From Lama guanicoe (Eukaryota), in NCBI GenBank assembly GCA_013239625.1, contig PNXV01000239.1, forward strand, positions 1 to 64,000: 64,000 nucleotides of DNA. The letters are read 5' to 3'. A program made the position numbers and the translations under genes. This document shows positions 25,236 to 36,119 of this stretch, one piece after another; within the stretch, counting starts at the first letter, position 1, and the number at the start of each line of letters is the position of its first letter. A model generated the notes under the pieces. It ran no database searches and had not been told where the DNA came from. It was given only the letters and a program-made list of their open reading frames with translations.

Positions 25236-27788
25236 ATCCACTAACACGGAGGACATCCATCTGGCAGAATTTCTTGAAAAGCACCTCATTGGCATGCGGC
25301 CTTCCTCATGTCCAGTCTTATCGAGCTTGATGGCTAGGATGGTGGTCCCCATCCAGTCATCCATGGTCAAGGTAGCAGAGTTGGCTTCATCAATCGGTTT
25401 GACCTAACAGATGCCATGGTCGCAACTGCAGGGAAAGAATCACGTGATGCATCTTCCTCAGAAGGGGCCACACAGAGCTTCATGGCTCTCCTCTGGTGCC
25501 GACCCTCTGTATAGCCAGTTACCCATCTGCATGTCCATCATGACTCCCCGTTACCGTGGTCAAAGAACTCTCAGCTTTCTTTCTTTGGTAGAACACACAG
25601 CAGCCCACGTGGTTAGGAAACTCAATTACTTGGGGACCGATGTGTCTGAGCAGTGTCGCCACCTTGGATTAGGGCCCAACAGTTTACCTCTTTTCCAGCT
25701 GAAATCATGTGACGTTGAGTATCTCTTCCTAAAGATTGGAAAGCTTCCTGGTGCTTGAAGTCTTCTTTATTTCAGCTCTCTATTAAATGTGTTTAAATAA
25801 AAATCACTGATACCATTTACTGAGTGCCTGTTGAAGACCAGGAGCTGTGCTAGTTCTGTAACTCAGGTGTTCAGGAGCCTGCCCAAGGGAGCCCTGAACC
25901 CAGCTTTGTGATACTCAGATGCTGGCCGCCTTTCACTGCACTACCTGAAAAATCAAGGAGTTAGGAGGAGCTGCTATGGGTAAAAATAGCTACTGTGAGA
26001 GAAATAAAATATGACAGGTCTTCCTTCAAAGATGGACTAATTAGCTTTGTTTAAAAAGTAAAGGGGGTCGGGGGGAACCAAGAAAGTAAAGAGAGAGTCT
26101 TCCTCATCCGCATCCTATATTCCACTCCTATGTTATTCCATCCAAGCTTTGAATATAATTGCATATTCTTTTTAATTTATAAAGATTCTGCAGAATTTGT
26201 CCACGTTTTATATCTAGAAGTCTTTGGGATTCTTCAAAGCTTGGCAGGAGATGGGTGAATTAGTTAGATCTCTACCTGTGTCAAACAGAGAAATGTCCTG
26301 TGGACAGAACCTGCATCTTTTCCACCCATGCAAAGTGGTCCATTTGCATAAAAGTGATCCTTTTGGAAGATGTTCTGTGTTTTTCAATCATCCCTGGAAA
26401 TAAAATCACAGCTCCTGTCTCACCTTACATTGAAGTGTTTTCACACTCCAGGGAATTGCTTACCATCACCTGAATATAGAATTTGGTGGGCGTTAGTTTC
26501 AAACTGATACTACTTGCAGCTGTCTGCAGGATTTCAACATGGTGTCAAAGTGGCCTTAGAAGGTGTTTCTTGTTCTGAGAACACGTTGAGTGATTCTCTT
26601 TGTTCCGAAAGCCTCAGGGCCTCAGACTTTGGATTTCCACCCAGGGAAGCTAGGTACTTTCTGGTGATTTCTCCTGAGAATTGAGTGGGCTCCGTGGTAC
26701 TGTCAGTGCCACTGCCTAATTGGGGACGCAAGAGCGTGACTGCATGTGTAAAGCAGTGTACCTTTAAGACACTTTCTTCTCTTAATTTCACATTAATGGA
26801 AAGAAAGGAAGAAATTTATTTCTGGATCAGAAACAATATGCTATAGTGAGGTTGCATGGGCATTAAAATCAAACTCGGACTGGAATCCACCAGCCTCTCT
26901 TGCAGTGACCTTGGCATAACCTCCCTCAATCTGTTTCTTGATCTATAAAAATCAGGATCATCCTCCTTCCACTCAAGCTTGTCATAAAGATTCATTGATA
27001 TAACGTGTCGACTTCTTTGCAGGGTTGCAGAATTTTAGGTGCACCATAAATAGGCAAGAAGAGACCACGCCCCCTCTTTATTTATGTTCCTGATTTATTT
27101 AGCCCAGCGTGTGGAAGCCAGATATCAGCCAGCAAGGCAGATGCAGCAGATGATGCTGTCTTTCGCCCCCAGGGTCACTAATGAGGGGTGCTTAGCTGCC
27201 TGTGACACTAGTCAGGTCTCATTGGCTCAAGAAGCTTAATTTTGTGCTGCCCCATAGCCCAGTTATAATTGGGGCTGATGTCACTGTTCAGGAAGAACTT
27301 AAAAAAACATTCTCTGTCCTGAGTAAGAAATACTAACCAAACTCTAGCCCCCTCTGGTCCTCCAGCCAAACAACCTCAGCAAAGCCCTCCATCTTTGTGG
27401 GTGAGGCTTGGAAACAGAGCCAGGGCCAGGTTCCATGGGCTTCATCTCTGCCTCCATCTTTCCAGCACCCTGGAAGACCTTGTCCTGGGACAACACAGGG
27501 CATGTGGGCATTTGATAGTCATGGTGATAATGATGATGTGTATCTCAGCTTTAACTTACGTGTGTAGTTTCCATTATTGATTTTGTGCTCCTCAAACTTA
27601 TGAGATAAAAATCACAACCAGTTTAAAAACAATTCATTTAATTTTGCATCTGTGATCCAACAGGAGTCTATTCTTTATCCAGTAATAATAATCGCATTGT
27701 ACAATTAACGAATTTCAGTTGAGATCAGTAGTGTTTGGGCTAATATAGCATTTCTTTTTTGTTCTTGTTTGTCTTGTTTTGTTTTTAG

Positions 27789-27849
27789 GGTCAAGTTGTG
27801 TTCCGGAACGGAGAGAGAATGGGGACCATTAAGTTTACTCAATTTCAAG
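27789..27849 (+). CDS. GABBR2: GABBR2 coding exon (exon 8 equivalent), 61 nt, GQVVFRNGERMGTIKFTQFQ plus first base of D; Venus flytrap domain
   Basis: T-rich tract ending ttttag|GGTCAAGTT...TTTCAAG|gtaggc; phase 0 to 1. Read manually; not in the ORF track. Confidence 0.97.
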
Positions 27850-28144
27850 GTAGGCTTTTTGATGCTTATTCTTTCTAGTTGATGAATTCTATATTCAGGG
27901 ATGTTGTGTTTATGCAATAAAATACATAAAAAGAAATGAAAGTACGATGTTCCAGATAAGAGAAAGCAGAATCAATAGGAAACACTTCTCTGTGAAAACA
28001 TTAGTTTCAACTTATTCAGAGTATTTTTTCTCAGCTGCATTATTTCTCAGGCCTATTCAAGTCTTTCCACGTGACTCAAGCTCATGAAAATATGGGGAGT
28101 GGTGGCGGTTAAGTCAGTGCCAGTATTCTGAGGGATCTTGCATT

Positions 28145-28650
28145 GTTTTAGTTTTTGATTATAGAAATTTTCAAACAGACTCTAAACCTGAGAGAACAGC
28201 ATAGTGAACACCATGTACCCATCACCCGGCTTCAACTGTTTTCAACACTTTGCCAACCGTGTTTTATCTTGACTCACCCCATTCCCCTGCTCCCCACCCC
28301 TTTTTGCTGTAATGTTTCAAAGAAGCTCCCAGACATTATCTCATTTCAATCTATAAATACTGCAGTATGCATTTCTACTAGATAAGGGCTTTTAAAAACA
28401 TAACCACAATTCTATTATTGCACCCTAAGCATTTAACAAGTGTTAATACGCTTTATTCCCAGTCTGTGTTGATCCTCTCCTTGTCTCAAAAATGACTCCC
28501 TAGTTGGTTTGTTGGGGAGTTCACACAAGGTCCACTCATTGCATCTGGTTGATGTGTCTTTTTAGTCTCTTTTAATCTATACTCCTCCCGCACACAGTGT
28601 TTACAGACCATTTGGTTTTTTTAAGAAACCAGATCATTTGTCAGACTCTT
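28145..28650 (-). mobile_element. L1MC-type 3' end fragment
   Basis: ttatagaaattttcaaaca...gagaacagcatagtgaacaccatgtacccatcacc; aaacataaccacaat. Confidence 0.8.
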
Positions 28651-29449
28651 CTGCTGGCAGAGTTGGAGGGGACCTCAGCAACCATCCAGATCCAGGTCCT
28701 CATGTGATGAGGAGGAAACGGAGGCCCAGAGAGAGGCAGTGTCTTGTCAGAGCCCACAGGGCATCAGTGAGGAGCAGGGATGGGTGCTGTCCCTGGAGGA
28801 ACCTCAGGTCAGCCCAGTATGGTCATTAGCAGGGTTGTTAGCCAGAACCATGAGACAGACCATTCATTAATGCAGTGTTTTTCAGCCTCTGATTGTTTCT
28901 AGAAAATACAGAAACAAGGGCAGGGCCTTCTGTGTCCACTCACTTTGAGCAGATCCCAGAGTCATTGAGGGGAAAGCAAGAAATGAAATCGGGTTTTTCA
29001 GATTCATTCAGACGAATCCCAGCCGGATTCAGATCAATCAGGGCAGGTGTTCTTTGGCACCGTCACCCCATAATGCAGTCTTGTAGGTTCACCCATTTGT
29101 CTTCCCGTGACAGGTAATTGAAACACGTGTCAGCTCTCTGGCATGCACAAAAGATGTAATTTTAGGCAAACGGAATTATTTCCCCATTTGTTAAGTCTTA
29201 CTTCTTCATTGGTTGAACAAAGTAAGCATCTTGGCAAAGATACTTACTTTTTTTTTTTTTTGAGTGATTGCAACTAAATTCTCTTGTCACATTTCCAGTT
29301 CTCAAATTATATCATTCTAGGAGAATATTTTGTAAAATATTGATTGGCCAGTCACAGCTACGATTGCATGCCAGTTTTATTGCCTTTTTCCCCCCTGAAT
29401 GTTAGGATGAGACACCAACTCCAGTGACTGGTTTTAGGTATTTATAAGA

Positions 29450-29690
29450 AAAGTAGTGTAGCGAACAGTAGTTCAGAGGTGGGTTTGAAACCATCTGAGC
29501 TCAAATCGCTGTAGAACATCAGGCAAGTGACTTAACGTCTCTGAGTCTCAATGTCCTCATCTGTAAAATAAGGATATGACCCTACCTGCCTTCTTGGGAC
29601 GTGGGAGGAGCTAGGTGAGATAATACAGAGAAATGTGTGCTTATATTTCTTGCTCAGTAAGTAGTAGCAGTTATTATTAGCATTTAGTCT
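29450..29690 (+). mobile_element. MIR SINE, representative of roughly 20 MIR fragments (e.g. ~10190, 14450, 17800, 19370, 22640, 26850, 29830, 31000, 33290, 36135, 38440, 41440, 42460, 46320, 51640, 52760, 53530, 57010)
   Basis: Core ggcaagtgacttaacgtctctgagtctcaatgtcctcatctgtaaaat. Confidence 0.85.
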
Positions 29691-31734
29691 AAATTATGAC
29701 ATTTTTCTGGAGCAAATCCACATTTTCTTGGTGTGTTGAAACCCTCTGTGTGCCTTTTTGTCTGCCTACCCCTTACAGCTGCTCCCAACACTTAATGACA
29801 TGTGGGATGTCACATGGGGCAGGGCCAAAGAGATGACCTCGTCCCATGACTTCATGGTGTAAATGGGGAAACTGAGGCCCAGGGAAGGGAAGTGATCTCC
29901 CCAGGGATATCCAGCTGGCTGGTGGCAGAGTGGGGACTGGACCTCGACTTCCCTCAAGTGCTGGCCTCCACGTGTTCACATGTATACCTATGCCCAAGTG
30001 TTCTCTCATCACCACACTTGTGTCCAGCTTTTACTGGATGTCAGAGCTGAGTCTTGAAGATACTCCCATTTACATGTTTTTAAAGAGGGCATTGAGTCCT
30101 GTTGGCAGAGGGATGCTGTGCTAGGGGCATGTTCACATCAACACAACAGTTAGTTTTCCAAATTCATAGAGTCTCAGAGGTACCTTGCTGCCAGGATGGA
30201 GGGGCACTGAATTATTGGGTAGCCTGTCCAGGCTGGGAGGGCTCCTGGTTGTCATCTCACTTCACAAGAGGGGAAACTGAGGTTCAGATACGAGAAGGGA
30301 CTTGCTGTAGGACAGTGAGTTCATCCCTTTTCTTTTCTGGGCTCATGGTTCCCCTCCAAGAGGGGCTGGTCCAGACTCTGTCTTCTAGGACCTTCCAGAA
30401 ATTTAGCCAGAGGGTGGGCCTGCCCCCCATCTTGGGTTTACTAGATCCTAAATTACCTCACAAAAGGCTTCTAATCAGAGTCACCATGTTGTTTTTTTGC
30501 TGTGCCCTTCAAGCCCTCTCTCTCCTTATGTGTTCCTCTCTCCCTGGCCTCCTGCCCTCTTTTAAGAAGGGACAGTGGAACAGCAGAGCTGACTCACAAA
30601 CAGCCAGCCCAGCAGTGGGGCTCCCTATGCAGGGTCTGCTCCTGAGCTCCCACCCAGACTGTCTCAGGGCTCACTGGCAGGATCTTGGAAGTTGGCCCAT
30701 ATCACCCTCCTTCTGAAGACCTTGAAAGATGCTTTTTCGGCTTCTCATTTGCAAAGTTCCTGGTGCTTTCAAAACCCTTTTCCTGTAGTAGAGGAAGCAT
30801 TTTATAGGAGGCTCTGTTAAGTCCTTTGTAAAACTAAAACCAGATTAATTGGACATGAGAGGGAGTTTGGGGGAGAAGACTAAAAGGGGAGCCAGGAATC
30901 CACGGTCCTGCTCTTTTTGACTCCAGAGTGATGGGATTGGTATTGCAAAGGCCTGGCACTCAGTAAGCCCCAGGTACAAATTTATTGAATTAATTTGGAG
31001 ATTTAAGTCCTGAATTCAAGCCCTTGCTCTGAAGCTTACCAGCATTGTGACCCTGGGAAAGTTGCTTTATCTCCCTAATCCTCAATTTCCTCCTCTGGAA
31101 AGTGGGATGACACTAATGCCAGCCCTGCCTGTCCCCTGGGGCTGGTGTGGGGACCAAATGAGATTTTGCTCCATAAACCCTCGAGTGCTGGGAAGCTAGT
31201 CACATCACTAGCATGCTGCCTGGCTCCTGGCTGGCTCTTGGTGAATGTTTACTGAATTGATTAGTGATATGGCTCTTAGAAATCTGAGAGCATGTGCATT
31301 TACTTGTGGTTTCCAGTGGCTTGAATCAAGTCAGGATGTCTGGCAAACAGCAGTTGGTCTTGACAACAGACATGTGAACTGAAGCTACTTCACGATGGTG
31401 GCCATTGTTGTTCATGGAGAAATAGCCTTTTTTGCAAACTTAGGAGTGCTGGATAGACAGAACCACTCTAAAATAACGTGCCAGGGCTGGCCCCATGGTC
31501 CTTCTTGAGGCATTTTGAATCCAGAGAGGGCTCCAGAGCCCTGAGCATGACCTTCCTCATTCCCAGCTTCCCTCCATTTTCAAGGCTTCCCAGCGCGCTT
31601 ACCTTCCAACAGGACAATCCTAGAGTGTCGACGCAGTGGATGCCATCAGTCTCTCACCCATAGTCCCTGAGCATCTGTGGTTCCAAACAAGCATCTTATT
31701 AAGAGCACCTTCACCTCTCACCCTGTGCGAAGAG

Positions 31735-32060
31735 CAAGACAGGTATTCAGGGAGTTAATGCTTCCATGTCAGCTCTCAGCCAGAGATGGATGAGAAGTGG
31801 AGGATAAATCCCCCAGCGTCCTTTCCCCTTGGGTGGAAACTCCCAAGAACTCCAAGGAGTGTTCTCCTCTGTCTCCAGAGGTCCCCTGGGATTGAGCCTC
31901 AGTTGGCCACTGAGAAATCTGCTCACTAACGCACCTTGCCCTGGCTCCCTTCCCTTCCCTGTCTCACCTCCCCAGGCCCCTATCAGTGTGTTCAAGGATC
32001 ACCTCTAAATAAATTACATGCATTCTTACTCTTGTCCAGGCACCATACTGAGGGACCCAC
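31735..32060 (+). mobile_element. LTR16-family (ERVL) LTR fragment
   Basis: tctccagaggtcccctgggattgagcctcagttgg; ggatcacctctaaataaattacatgca. Confidence 0.75.
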
Positions 32061-33659
32061 CCATGGCAGTAGGTAAGGCAGGTACTAGCATGCCCCGGCC
32101 ACACACTTTGGGTGCAGTGGGCCTAACCCACTTTCAGCTCCCAAGTTCAGTACCCCTCCCCCACGCCATCGCTAACTTCCACCAAACCACGTGTAGATGG
32201 GGATGAATACCAAGGAACTGGCTTTTTTTTTCCCTTAAGAGAAAAAAAGAATTCATGTTACTAACGAAGTCTAAACATGGCTCAGAATTTGCAGCAGGGA
32301 AGGAAGTTGAGTGAAACCATGATTAGAGCCTTGTTTGTGCTGTTCTTGGTGAAATCTCAGCATCTGCCGCTCTAACTCCCTGTCCCTGCCTTCATTAGGA
32401 CTGTTTGTGAGCATCTCAGTGAATGATAATCTGCTTGAATTTCACACTGCTTCTGTGCAACATAAAGGACTCAGACTTTGGAGTTTTATCCATCGGCATT
32501 TGAAGGGGTGGGGTCTTCCACTGCTCTAAGAGTGTAACTGTCATTCAGAAGGTACCTAATGAAATGTAGGCTTGCCCCCCCACCCCCACCATTTGCAGAC
32601 ATTAATTGCCATTTGGTCTTCAGGGTAAAAGATACGGTTCTATTCAGTGCGCATTTCCTGAGCATCTGCCAGGCGCTTTACCAAGTCCTCCAGGGAAGCC
32701 AAGTTGAATAAGATACAGTCCCTGCCTCCCCTCACCCCCGGCAAGGGCTTCATAATCTCTCTGGCCAAGTGCCAGTGCCTATAAAAGCAGGAAGATAATT
32801 TCCCAGAACCTACCATAAAACTTTTGGAGCTAGTTTGACTCTAGTTTGAGACTCTTCAGGCTGATTTTTAATACCCTTTTCCTTCTATGAAGGCATATAT
32901 TATAGCTCTCTTCACTAAGCCATGGGTCTGGAAAGGCCAGTTTGTCGTACTGCCACTCAACTTGATGTAGTTAGGAGTAAGCCCACTACCCTGCAGGACA
33001 CACGGGCAGGGGTGTGGGTCAGCAGGAATGGAAGGACACATGTGAATATGGGCTCTTTCGGGCTGGGAGTTGGACTCTGACCTTGATACCTCCTAGCCCT
33101 CATGATCCAGGGCTTACCTTTGAGAGAGCCCAAGAAAGGTGGCCTGGAGACAGAATTATTGAGCAGATCTTGTCTTTCATTGAGCAATAGACTCTCTTCG
33201 TTGAAGGACTTTCCTTTACATGACTCTTCTTTACAGCATTGCCTCTACTTGAATTCCTCCAGTGATGGAGAGCTCACCTCTTCTCATGTGAGAAGTACAT
33301 GAGCTTTAAAGCAGACATGCCTAATCACTGCTAGTCAGGCACTGTGGCTTAATCTCTCTGAGCCATCATTTCAGCACTTATTTTAAAATAGTGAAATAAA
33401 AGGTGATCATTTTCCTTTTGAGAGTGATGGTGAGAATCCAATGACATGAGGCTATGAATGACCCAGGCTTGGCGACTGGCACAGAGAAGAGCCGTGACAA
33501 CTGTGGACTTCCTTCTCCTCTCTGGAACTCTTCACAATGATCCCAGACTTACCCCCTCCAGAATTTCTTGAACAAAGTGCCATCTTGCTTCCTCAGGACA
33601 CATTTCACACTCCTCATTTCATGGGATGTTGTTATCGCTGGTCCATGAAAGCCCCTCTT

Positions 33660-34580
33660 GTTTGTTTATCCCTTTATTTCCCTCATTTATTCTCATTCCC
33701 CATTCCTACCTCCCCCCATGAAAGGCAAACACTCTAAGTATTTAATGCTGATGTTGTCTTTGTATGTGTCCTTGCAAAATGTGTGTTGCTGTTTTGTGTG
33801 CCTATTTTTGAATTTACATCGACGCAACTGGATTATATACCTTTTCCTGTTTCTTTGTCCCCATTCAGCCCTTCATTTTTGAGGTGCCTCCATTATCCTG
33901 TGTGTACATCTAGGCTGTGGCTTTCACTGCTCACTCCACAGGGCACATCCCTCCACTCTCCAGGGACAGCCACCCAGGTCACCTTCACCTCCCTGCCTCC
34001 ATGTACATGAGTGTCCTTGTACATCTTCCTTTATGAACCCAACTGGACATTTCTTGAAGACAAATGCCCATGAGCTGAATTGTTGGGTCAGAGGGTATGT
34101 CAACACTGAACAGGCCTAAAATCTGCCAAATGTCTCCTGGGGATGCCCATACCCACCTCCACTCCCACCAGCATGAGGAGTCCTGTGTCCCTACCTCCCA
34201 CCCACCCTGGATGGTTTCCGGCTCATTTTCTGTCAGTCTTAAAGTATAAATTAATATTATATTGTAGTTTTAAATACCATTTTTCTGATTGCTGATGAGT
34301 TTGGACATTTCTCCCTGTGCTTGTTAGCCATTTGTTAATTGTCTGTTCTGATGCTCTGACCACTTTTATTTTGAAGATTTTTCTTTTTTCCTTGATTTGC
34401 AAGAGTTCCTTACGTAATCTCGATTTCAATCCTTGTTGGCTTTAGGCTTTGCAAATATCTTCTCTGATTTGGTCCCTTGGTCCCTTGTCTCAACTTAAAG
34501 ACCTTGGTGAACAGTTCTTAATTTTGATGTGTTGTTTTGTTTTGTTTTGTTTTTTGGTCCCATGGTTTGGGCTTTTGAAG
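33660..34580 (-). mobile_element. Old L1ME fragment
   Basis: gaattgttgggtcagagggtatg, cactcccaccagca, ttttctgattgctgatgagtttggacatt. Confidence 0.7.
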
Positions 34581-35931
34581 TTTCTCAACAGTCATATCCT
34601 GGCACCCACATGCCAGGTCCTGGCTGGGCAAAGGGGGTATAGAGATGGGTAAGACACAGCCCCTGCCCTCAGGGAGCCCCTAGTTCAGTGGGGAGCAGAT
34701 ATAGGGCCCCAGCTAAGTGTGATATGTCATAAGGGCATTCAGAGGAGGGGCACTTGGCTCCACCTGGCAGATTCTAGGAAGGCTACCTGGGAGAGGTGGC
34801 ATCTGAGATGAATTCTGAAGGATGAGTGGGAGTTAGCCAAGGGGAAGAGAACAAAGCTGTTTTCTGTGCAAATAACCTATTGTATTTATCTGGATCCTGT
34901 ATCCCCTCAGGTACTTAGGTTTAGCCTCGGGCCAGTTTGCGTAAATCAGTAAACAACTCTTACCTTTGGCAGGATTATTATACACTGGGGACATTTGGCC
35001 AGAGTCCACCTGGCCTGTTAAAAATCTCAAAACAAGGGGCAATGAAGTTAACTCATTGAAAATGTGGCAGTGGATGCTGTTTGTGGAAATAGAGACAAGT
35101 GTAGAGGAGGCTCCAAGTGGCCAGACTGAAGGTGTGTGTGGATGGGAGTGAAAAATCATTTCCTGAGGAATGGCTGGCCAGCTCAGAGAAAAGCAGAATC
35201 AAGGCCCGAAATCGCTGAGTTCCCACCTCTGAAGAACAGCGAGGAGCAAGAGTCGCTGTGGTGTGTGGCCCCAGGCAGAGCCAGGACCGTGAGGGAAGTC
35301 TCAGGGAGCAGGCTTCTGCTTGGACTGAGGGAGACCCTTCAAAGCAGTTGCAGAATCATGGAACCAGAGCCGGAGGGCACAGAGATTTCCCCATCTGGCC
35401 CACTCACTGTATCAAGACCTGGGCAGGGGATGTCACTTCCCTGGGGCTCCTTACTGAGGAAATGGCAAAGCCAAAACTCACTCCAAGGGTCCTGTCCTCC
35501 AGCCAGAGCTCCTTCCTATCCCTGAGACTGGGATTTTGATAGGGAGTCCTAGAATGGCATGATTTTATAGAATCTTTGATTTTTCATTGAGCCAAGATCG
35601 TCTTTTGTTTTATACCTCAGAGTTATACATTGAGTCTATGTTTGCAAGAACAATTCAACTTTAAAGCACACATATACTTCCCTCAGTCCAGGTCTAGAGC
35701 CAACTGAGGAAGAATGAATATTTGGGGGTGGGGAGCCCAGGAAGCAGGATGTGGGGACCCAGCTAAAACAGGAGGTTGTTGACCCCACAACTAGTTCTCC
35801 TGCCTGGGTGCGTGCGGGGCAAGGGGGAGGCAGGATCACTCTGTGACTGAAGCAGTTCCCAGACTCTTTATTATTTGACAGTATTTTGAGCCTCCGAGAA
35901 CAGAAAGTGTCAGCACTGGGGAGTCCTAATG

Positions 35932-36119
35932 ATGTGGTTCTCAACCCTAGCTGTGCATTAGCATCAGCTTCAGGAACTTTTAAAAATACTGCCACCCAGG
36001 ATCCACTCCTCTACCTCCAAGGGGTTTTATATAATGGGTCCATGTTGGGACCCAGGCATCTGAATTTTCTAGAAGTTCCCCAGGTGACTCTAGTGTCTGG
36101 CCAGGGCTGAGAACCACTG
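35932..36119. mobile_element. MER5-type hAT-Charlie MITE
   Basis: TIRs gtggttctcaaccct / agggctgagaaccactg; ccccaggtgactcta. Confidence 0.85.

Noticed and set aside
27460..27480. REST/RE1-like site tccagcaccctggaagac
   Set aside because: The right half lacks the GGACAG core; too weak to call.
30102..30716. 204-aa ORF (likewise 52266..52880 and 62764..63381)
   Set aside because: These are chance stop-free frames in GC-richer intron sequence, partly MIR-derived, with no homology or splice context that I can recognise.
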